This document shows, piece after piece, positions 1 to 5,095 of a stretch of DNA of 39,708 nucleotides. The position numbers and the translations under genes are program-made. The notes under the pieces were generated by a model. That model worked only from the letters and a program-made list of their open reading frames with translations. It was not told the DNA's origin and searched no databases. This DNA is from a virus. The DNA is taken from IMG/VR virus record IMGVR_UViG_3300045988_140580; one strand, written 5' to 3'. Every line of letters starts with the position of its first letter. Within the stretch, counting starts at the first letter, position 1.

Positions 1-81
1 ATCACCGTCGTCTTTGGCACATCCATTGCGACCATCTTCGGCGTATTCCTCATTCCGATTCTGTTCATCATCGTAGAAAAT
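1..81. repeat. Left copy of 81-bp terminal direct repeat (identical to 39628-39708). Candidate phage DTR, circular-assembly overlap, or att core.
   Basis: Exact identity of 1-81 with 39628-39708, read directly. The repeat has a higher GC content and a C-ending codon bias unlike the phage genes, and it is open in + frame 1, where it encodes a hydrophobic helix. Confidence 0.9.
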
Positions 82-180
82 ATCGGACACAGAGGGAAAC
101 CCTTTAGTAAGGTAAAGGAATCTGACGGTTGACCGCTGGACTCAGGAGCACAATAAGCAACTTATAAGCACTTTTGTCTC

Positions 181-1263
181 TCACGGGTAACTCCATGTTA
201 CTCGGTTGTCTGTGGAGTGTGTGTAGTATTTCAGAGTAGTTTCTATACTACTGTGACCCATCAGTTTGCTTACTCTCATAACGTCTACATGTTTCTCAGT
301 TATGAGTAGGGTAGCAAAAGTATGTCTCATGTCGTACAGGTGGTGTCCTCTACCCAGTACGGCATGGGTATACTTTTTGAATCGCATATTTACATTATCG
401 ACACTCATATAACCATACTGGCTCTTGAAGGAATAGAAGATATTATCCTTTGGGAGCCTTTTTATATTACTTACTAACCACTTACCATACTGCTCTTTGT
501 CTATCGGTACTATCCTATAACTGCTATCCTGTGTCTTCATCCCATCCTGTAGTTTTCCTCTGAATCCCAGGGATTTGTTGAAGTTCACATAGTTTTCCGT
601 AACATCTTCCTTGGTAAGCGCGAGTATTTCCTGTGGTCGTGCCCCAGTTATCATACCGATTACTATGTATATTTGGTAGACTAGGGGAAGCTTAGTAGAC
701 AAAGTTTTTTTATCTAGCAGCTTACTGACTTCCTCACTGGAGAATGTACGTATGTGTCTTTTGGGTTTACCCTTGATGGTCCTTATGGCACCTCTGCTTG
801 TCATTGGATTATTATCAAGGTATCCCTCGTATACCGCGGTTTCCAGTATAGCTTTGAAGTTCTTTCTCCATCTTGACAGGGTAGAAGTAGCGTAGCCATG
901 GGAAGCCAGACCTAGGAAATACCTATTGATATCCTGTGTAGTCAGATCATAAAACTTTGTCTTAGCTAACTTACTGCCTACTACATGTTTGTTATAGAAA
1001 TGCTTGATACCATTTAAGGTAGACTCACGATACACATTTTCCTTCAGTTCTATGAAGTGTTCCCAATATTCCTCTATGGTAGTAGGGGTGAAGTACTTTA
1101 TGTTTGTTCCTCGTACCTTATCAAAAAACTGCTCAACTTCCTGTCGGGTATCACACGTTTTACTAACTCGCTTACCATTACCGATGCATATAGCACCTTT
1201 GAATTTTCCATTTGGTGTCCTTGTTATAGAACCAGTACCTTTTTCTCTTCTTATTCTTTTCAT
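181..1263 (-). CDS. int: Tyrosine recombinase / phage integrase
   Basis: 360-aa ORF. The C-terminal catalytic region reads HDMRHTFATLL...LMGHSSIETTLKYYTH (R..HxxR..Y tyrosine recombinase motifs), and ARPQEILAL supplies the box A arginine. An RBS GAAAGGTGA lies upstream on the minus strand. It is the only large gene on the minus strand. Confidence 0.93.
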   Translation of the reverse strand: MKRIRREKGTGSITRTPNGKFKGAICIGNGKRVSKTCDTRQEVEQFFDKVRGTNIKYFTPTTIEEYWEHFIELKENVYRESTLNGIKHFYNKHVVGSKLAKTKFYDLTTQDINRYFLGLASHGYATSTLSRWRKNFKAILETAVYEGYLDNNPMTSRGAIRTIKGKPKRHIRTFSSEEVSKLLDKKTLSTKLPLVYQIYIVIGMITGARPQEILALTKEDVTENYVNFNKSLGFRGKLQDGMKTQDSSYRIVPIDKEQYGKWLVSNIKRLPKDNIFYSFKSQYGYMSVDNVNMRFKKYTHAVLGRGHHLYDMRHTFATLLITEKHVDVMRVSKLMGHSSIETTLKYYTHSTDNRVTWSYP

Positions 1264-1479
1264 ATATCACCTTTCTTCCCTAGATACTTTTAGTTGTTCC
1301 CTCTATGGGTAGGATAGCATAAGGGGACACAGTATTCCAGATGAAAATTGGAGAAAAATTTGTGATACTAGATTGATTGAGATCTCCTCAGATTTTCCCC
1401 CGTGTACCCCCTGGACAACAATATAAAATAAAATAAACTTAATTATATACTATTATATGTCTGAACAGAAACACATAAG

Positions 1480-1525
1480 GTCTCACGGTATCCCTGATAA
1501 TATCAAGGTTTACACGGTATCCAGT
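1480..1525. repeat. Direct repeat of CACGGTATCC(C/A)(T/G)TG at about 30-bp spacing (candidate protein-binding sites near int)
   Basis: tctCACGGTATCCctg at about 1480 and tttaCACGGTATCCagtg at about 1510. Confidence 0.4.
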
Positions 1526-1722
1526 GTCTATCTATTGCTTTTATTTATGATACACACGGAGCCGTTGTATTGATGTTATCAGTTTTTTTAATTAGTTGAA
1601 TGAGTCAACTATATGGATACTCAAGGATATATGATGGAAACATTAAGATATATGAACGAATGTTCATGTGATATTAAAAATTGCTCTATAAAATATCTGT
1701 CTATATACATTAGAAATACTTA

Positions 1723-1875
1723 TCACGTACATCAGAAATATTTATAAGATACATCAATGTTACTTATAATATACATTGGAAATACTTATAACATACATAT
1801 TCCAGGCATGGAGTATACTTATGACAGACACAGGAAATACGTATGATAGACACAGAATATGTTGGGATACATGGC
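1723..1875. repeat. Iteron-like array: about 7 imperfect tandem copies of a 22-bp unit GAAATACTTATNANNTACATCA
   Basis: Units begin at about 1723, 1745, 1767, 1789, 1811, 1834 and 1855, for example GAAATACTTATCACGTACATCA, GAAATATTTATAAGATACATCA, GAAATACTTATAACATACATAT and GGAAATACGTATGATAGACACA. The array is AT-rich and non-coding, and lies between int and the repressor module. Confidence 0.7.
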
Positions 1876-1944
1876 TTATGGTCTATAGCATATTGCTATT
1901 AATCTAAGCATCGAAAGAAGATAAAGCATTAACTAATTTTCTTA

Positions 1945-2337
1945 TTACTGTTTTGAGCGTATATACATAAAAGTACCAATAAGTAATATGATTCCGATAA
2001 TGATATTAAGAGATAATAAATAAGCTGTTTCATTTTTTAATTTATTAACTTCAGATTCTAATTGTTTTATTTTGTTATAATTTTGCGTTATTGTTTTTCC
2101 CTGTGCTTCATTTATTAATACTGTTTCAGATAAAACCTCATCAATACGCTCATTTGGCTGTAATGTTTGGGGATCTATATGCGGTTGAAAATTTCTATAT
2201 TTATCATTATACCACTGAACAAATGCATTATGTGTACCTCGGTCCCATGTATCATTTTTCCAGTCGTAGGCCATTATTTCCATAACAGAGACAAAGAGTA
2301 AACATAAAGAAATTATAATTTTGAAGAATATCTTCAT
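1945..2337 (-). CDS. Secreted/membrane protein (N-terminal signal peptide or TM, coiled coil, C-terminal TM). Candidate lysogenic-conversion or superinfection-exclusion protein.
   Basis: The ORF track gives 1945..2382 from a TTG start. The more plausible start is ATG 2337 (MKIFFKIIISLCLLFVSVMEIMA), preceded by GAGGTG. The C-terminal hydrophobic segment is LLSLNIIIGIILLIGTFMYI. It is co-oriented with the repressor and int. Confidence 0.5.
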   Translation of the reverse strand: MKIFFKIIISLCLLFVSVMEIMAYDWKNDTWDRGTHNAFVQWYNDKYRNFQPHIDPQTLQPNERIDEVLSETVLINEAQGKTITQNYNKIKQLESEVNKLKNETAYLLSLNIIIGIILLIGTFMYIRSKQ

Positions 2338-2434
2338 TTTATACACCTCAATTATATGTAAATTATAAGAATAGTATAGCAAAATATAGGTATCCTTAGA
2401 ATACTTTTGTATTCTTTAGATACCCATATTTTAG

Positions 2435-2611
2435 TTATTGCTTTTTATTTTCAGTTATTAGAATATTTTCATTATCATTAACATATTTTGTAATATGTCG
2501 TGTTAAATATCCGCTTACAGTGTCGCCTTTTATTTTTAGTATTTTTTGAAATTTGTTTTTTAGTTCACTATCTATTCTTATTTGCATGAACTTTTCTTTT
2601 GTGTCTTTCAT
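2435..2611 (-). CDS. Small ribbon-helix-helix (Arc/Mnt/CopG-like) DNA-binding protein, 58 aa. Candidate lysogeny repressor. Not in ORF track (under 60 aa).
   Basis: Hand translation of the minus strand gives MKDTKEKFMQIRIDSELKNKFQKILKIKGDTVSGYLTRHITKYVNDNENILITENKKQ*. The pattern is a beta-strand (FMQIRIDSEL) with alternating hydrophobics, helix A, a G-D-T-V-S-G loop (the G-x-S/T-x-S RHH hallmark) and helix B. An RBS AGAAGGGAAG lies 9 nt upstream. It is divergent from the early operon, with operators between them. Confidence 0.6.
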   Translation of the reverse strand: MKDTKEKFMQIRIDSELKNKFQKILKIKGDTVSGYLTRHITKYVNDNENILITENKKQ

Positions 2612-2637
2612 ATAATATCACTTCCCTTCTAATATTC

Positions 2638-2665
2638 ATTATAGCAGGTTTTTTAAGTTGTGACA
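2638..2665 (-). promoter_or_regulatory. Sigma70-like promoter for the RHH gene (minus strand): -35 TTGTCA (2665..2660), 16-nt spacer, -10 TATAAT (2643..2638)
   Basis: Read on the reverse complement. The -35 overlaps the operator half-site at 2660-2676. Confidence 0.45.
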
Positions 2666-2676
2666 ATGTAGTAAAA
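2660..2676. promoter_or_regulatory. Operator-like site O1 (half-conserved): TGTGACAATGTAGTAAA
   Basis: Shares CAATGTAGTAA with O2 and O3. Overlaps the -35 of the leftward promoter. Confidence 0.45.
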
Positions 2677-2692
2677 AAAAACAAATTAGGTA

Positions 2693-2721
2693 TTGACTTT
2701 GTCACTACATTGTAGTAATAT
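2693..2721 (+). promoter_or_regulatory. Sigma70-like early promoter: -35 TTGACT (2693-2698), 16-17-nt spacer, -10 TAATAT/AATATA (2715-2721)
   Basis: Near-consensus hexamers read directly. Operator O2 lies inside the spacer. The promoter is upstream of the first early gene (ATG 2822). Confidence 0.6.
2700..2717. promoter_or_regulatory. Operator O2: GTCACTACATTGTAGTAA (perfect 6+1+6 palindrome ACTACA-T-TGTAGT)
   Basis: Palindrome read directly. Located in the spacer of the early promoter. Confidence 0.6.
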
Positions 2722-2780
2722 ATACTCAACGAAAGGGAACATATCAAAATATAAAGTTCCCAAAAATTTTTAACTTCTTA

Positions 2781-2797
2781 TGTCACTACAATGTAGT
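2781..2797. promoter_or_regulatory. Operator O3: GTCACTACAATGTAGTA (palindrome ACTACA-A-TGTAGT) in the early-transcript leader
   Basis: Second perfect copy of the O2 palindrome, about 25 nt upstream of the first early gene's RBS. Confidence 0.55.
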
Positions 2798-2821
2798 ACA
2801 ATCAAGAAAGGAAGGGTAAAC

Positions 2822-3193
2822 ATGGAAGAAGTAACAAAGGAAATGATAATGGACGCTTTGACTGATTATGTTTCTGAATTGTCTGAAGAAGACACAATTA
2901 CACTATGGAATGCCTATTGTGAAGACTACAACCAGATGCACCGATTCATTTATCTAAATGATTTTGACGAACTCGACAGCGTTTTTAAGTCACCTTCAGA
3001 AGCTTTGTATATGGCACAGTATTCACCGTATCACATCAACGACAGATATTTTACTTACAGTTCTTTTTGTGGGCTTATGTCTTTCAGTTTTCTTACAGAT
3101 GAAAATAGTCCGGTAGTAGTTGATGAATTAGTTAGCTACCTGATGAGTCAAAGAGCTGTATATATTTTAGTAAAAAGTCAGTTAGAAAGGTAG
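2822..3193 (+). CDS. Early protein, strongly acidic (about 22 D/E vs 7 K/R in 124 aa). Candidate DNA-mimic / anti-restriction protein (by composition only).
   Basis: ATG 2822 with RBS AAAGGAAGGG; the ORF-track start at 2780 is less likely. It is the first gene of the host-transcribed operon, the position of T7 gene 0.3 (Ocr). Confidence 0.6.
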   Translation: MEEVTKEMIMDALTDYVSELSEEDTITLWNAYCEDYNQMHRFIYLNDFDELDSVFKSPSEALYMAQYSPYHINDRYFTYSSFCGLMSFSFLTDENSPVVVDELVSYLMSQRAVYILVKSQLER

Positions 3194-3202
3194 GTAATTA
3201 CT

Positions 3203-3418
3203 ATGACACAGAGAATCACGGAAAAATTTTTAGATAACATGATTAAAAACATCAATAACAGAACTGGCAGAAAGTACTTCTTAGAATATGCATACGGTGG
3301 GGTAAAACTGGCGCATACATACGAAAACGGCGGATACACAGATGAAAGTTATAGAATGACAAAACGAGAAATGTATTATGTCCTAGATGCTTTACAGCAC
3401 TTCATCAATCACAATTAG
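3203..3418 (+). CDS. Hypothetical early protein (71 aa)
   Basis: ORF with RBS GAAAGGTAGG. No recognisable motif. Confidence 0.5.
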   Translation: MTQRITEKFLDNMIKNINNRTGRKYFLEYAYGGVKLAHTYENGGYTDESYRMTKREMYYVLDALQHFINHN

Positions 3419-3426
3419 TGGATTTT

Positions 3427-3480
3427 ACAGGGTGCCTTAGAAAACTAAGGCACTCGATAAAGGCCACTAGAAGCCTTTAG
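3427..3480 (+). other. Conserved intergenic RNA element, copy A: two stem-loops (GUGCCUUAG-AAAA-CUAAGGCAC; AAAGGC-CACUAGAA-GCCUUU)
   Basis: Paralogous to 4177-4230, with compensatory base changes that preserve both stems. Confidence 0.6.
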
Positions 3481-3507
3481 GCAGTTAGGTAGAAAGGAAG
3501 TAATATC

Positions 3508-3963
3508 ATGACAAGAATTAGCCTGTATCACGTAGAGTTAGTAAAAGATAGCAGCCATAACTATAACGTCTCAAGAGATATGTCTAGCCCGTATAATGTC
3601 ATTCATATGCTTGTAAATACATTGCATCTGGACAAACGCAACGTAGAAAATTTTGGCATGATTGCAGTTAATACGCAAAACAAATTAATAGCTGTACAGA
3701 TTTTAACGCAAGGATCTATCGATACATCTATAGCAAGTACTAGAGAAGTCTTTCAATGCGCTTTACTGCATAATGCACGTGCCATAATACTATTCCATAA
3801 TCATCCTTCCGGGAATTCTGGTCCTTCTAAAGAAGATATAGCAATAACTAAAAGGATAGTTAAAGCTGGGGAACTACTAGGTATTCCGGTATTGGACCAT
3901 GTGATTATAGGTAGTGAGAACGATTACTTTAGCATGAGAAGTGAGGGAATTATCAATGACTAA
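3508..3963 (+). CDS. RadC-like JAB/MPN-domain protein (DUF2466 family)
   Basis: Motif ILFHNHPSGNSGPSKEDIAITKRI matches the RadC-like HNHPSG...PS.xDxxxT signature. 151 aa. Confidence 0.85.
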   Translation: MTRISLYHVELVKDSSHNYNVSRDMSSPYNVIHMLVNTLHLDKRNVENFGMIAVNTQNKLIAVQILTQGSIDTSIASTREVFQCALLHNARAIILFHNHPSGNSGPSKEDIAITKRIVKAGELLGIPVLDHVIIGSENDYFSMRSEGIIND

Positions 3964-4180
3964 CAAAGAATTAGCAAGAAAAATATACGATACGGGGCGT
4001 AATGAAACAACTACAGGAAACTGGGTTTTTCACATAAGTGAGTTAGATGGCAGGACGCCAGAAGAAGGTATGTATATCCTGTTAGATGAGTATAGAGAAG
4101 ACATTTTAGACATAACGTGTACAGATACAGAACTGGATATCATTTTCGCATTAGCTGTTTGTCCTTATTTTCAAGAGTGA
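3956..4180 (+). CDS. Hypothetical early protein (74 aa)
   Basis: ATG 3956 preceded by GAGGGAA. It overlaps the end of the RadC-like gene. Confidence 0.5.
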   Translation: MTNKELARKIYDTGRNETTTGNWVFHISELDGRTPEEGMYILLDEYREDILDITCTDTELDIIFALAVCPYFQE

Positions 4181-4230
4181 ATTTAACAGAGTACCTTAGA
4201 TAACTAAGGTATTCGATTAAGTCCACTAGT
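4177..4230 (+). other. Conserved intergenic RNA element, copy B: GUACCUUAG-AUAA-CUAAGGUA(U); UAAGUC-CACUAGU-GACUUA
   Basis: Same architecture as copy A. The loop CACUAG is conserved while the stems co-vary. Confidence 0.6.
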
Positions 4231-4264
4231 GACTTATCACATGTAACCAGAAAGGATGATACAT

Positions 4265-4846
4265 ATGTTAGCACAGGAAATTTTAAAAGTATTAGCACTC
4301 GATATGACTGAAAAAGAAAAAGTAGAAAAAATCCAAAAACTATGCACCGATGATATTTATGTACACACATGTAGCAAGCCTGTAGGCAATCGGTTTAAAT
4401 TCATACAGAAAGAGTGTAAGAAGGCTAAAAGACCTTGCTTAACAAAGGTACACAGATCGGAAAAATATGGCCTAGTCTGGACCGATGCTTATGTATTGTG
4501 CACGTTTAGAGATGATACATTTCCTACTGATTTATTAGCAACAGAAAAGGAAAAACTAAATGTAGACAATGTTTTAAAGAGTGTAGGTAATGATAAAGCC
4601 AATGCAAGTGTTGAATACAAGGACGTAAAAGCACGGCTTGCTTGTCTATCGACGAAAAAAGAAAAAGAAGCGGACATAATCGAAATAGGGGATTCAATTT
4701 TCAAGACTTGCTTAGTTGACAAAGTTTTCAAATTTTATGGCCTGGACAAACTGAATTTACATACAAAAAATAGCTGTGTTGCATACGGTTATACAGAAAA
4801 TGGTGATGCATTCTTAATTTGTCCGATGAAAAAGGAAGTTAAATAG
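4265..4846 (+). CDS. Hypothetical early protein (193 aa), Cys/Lys-rich, no recognised motif
   Basis: ATG 4265 with RBS AGAAAGGA at correct spacing; the track start at 4256 is too close to the RBS. It is the last gene before the terminator hairpin. Confidence 0.55.
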   Translation: MLAQEILKVLALDMTEKEKVEKIQKLCTDDIYVHTCSKPVGNRFKFIQKECKKAKRPCLTKVHRSEKYGLVWTDAYVLCTFRDDTFPTDLLATEKEKLNVDNVLKSVGNDKANASVEYKDVKARLACLSTKKEKEADIIEIGDSIFKTCLVDKVFKFYGLDKLNLHTKNSCVAYGYTENGDAFLICPMKKEVK

Positions 4847-4951
4847 ATATGAGTACAAAAGAGAAGATAGAAGGATATGCATACTACATCATACTTTGTC
4901 TCTTGTGCATGTTGTGTGAATACCTAGATAAAAACTTAATATAGTTAAGCT

Positions 4952-5005
4952 AAAAATAGCGTGTACTTAGAAATTTTTAAGTCACTCTAAGTACACGCTA
5001 TTTTT
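4952..5005 (+). terminator. Perfect 19-bp inverted repeat (AAAAATAGCGTGTACTTAG ... CTAAGTACACGCTATTTTT) with a 16-nt loop, followed by a T-run. Intrinsic terminator and/or RNase III-type site.
   Basis: Arms at 4952-4970 and 4987-5005 read directly. Located between the early genes and the RNAP gene. Confidence 0.75.
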
Positions 5006-5035
5006 ATATATAAATGCATGAACAAACGTTCTGTT

Positions 5036-5058
5036 AATTGTCCCACTATTAAGAGAAA
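5036..5058 (+). promoter_or_regulatory. Phage-RNAP promoter P1 (variant): ATTGTCCCACTATTAAGAGAAAT, followed by a degenerate copy ATTTGTCCCTTATTTAGAAAGG
   Basis: Member of a 4-copy family sharing ATTGTCCCACTAT(T/C)AAGAGA. Immediately upstream of the RNAP start codon. Confidence 0.6.
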
Positions 5059-5095
5059 TATAATTTGTCCCTTATTTAGAAAGGTGGTTAAAAAT

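Noticed and set aside
1004-1312. Plus-strand ORFs of 102 aa and 78 aa overlapping the integrase gene
   Set aside because: Antisense to the integrase catalytic domain. No RBS and no homology, and several begin with alternative start codons.
5018-5095. Upstream extension of the RNAP ORF from ATG 5018
   Set aside because: The extension would place promoter P1 and a degenerate copy inside the coding region, and it has no RBS. ATG 5096 follows AAAGGTGG at good spacing and gives an N-terminus of normal length.
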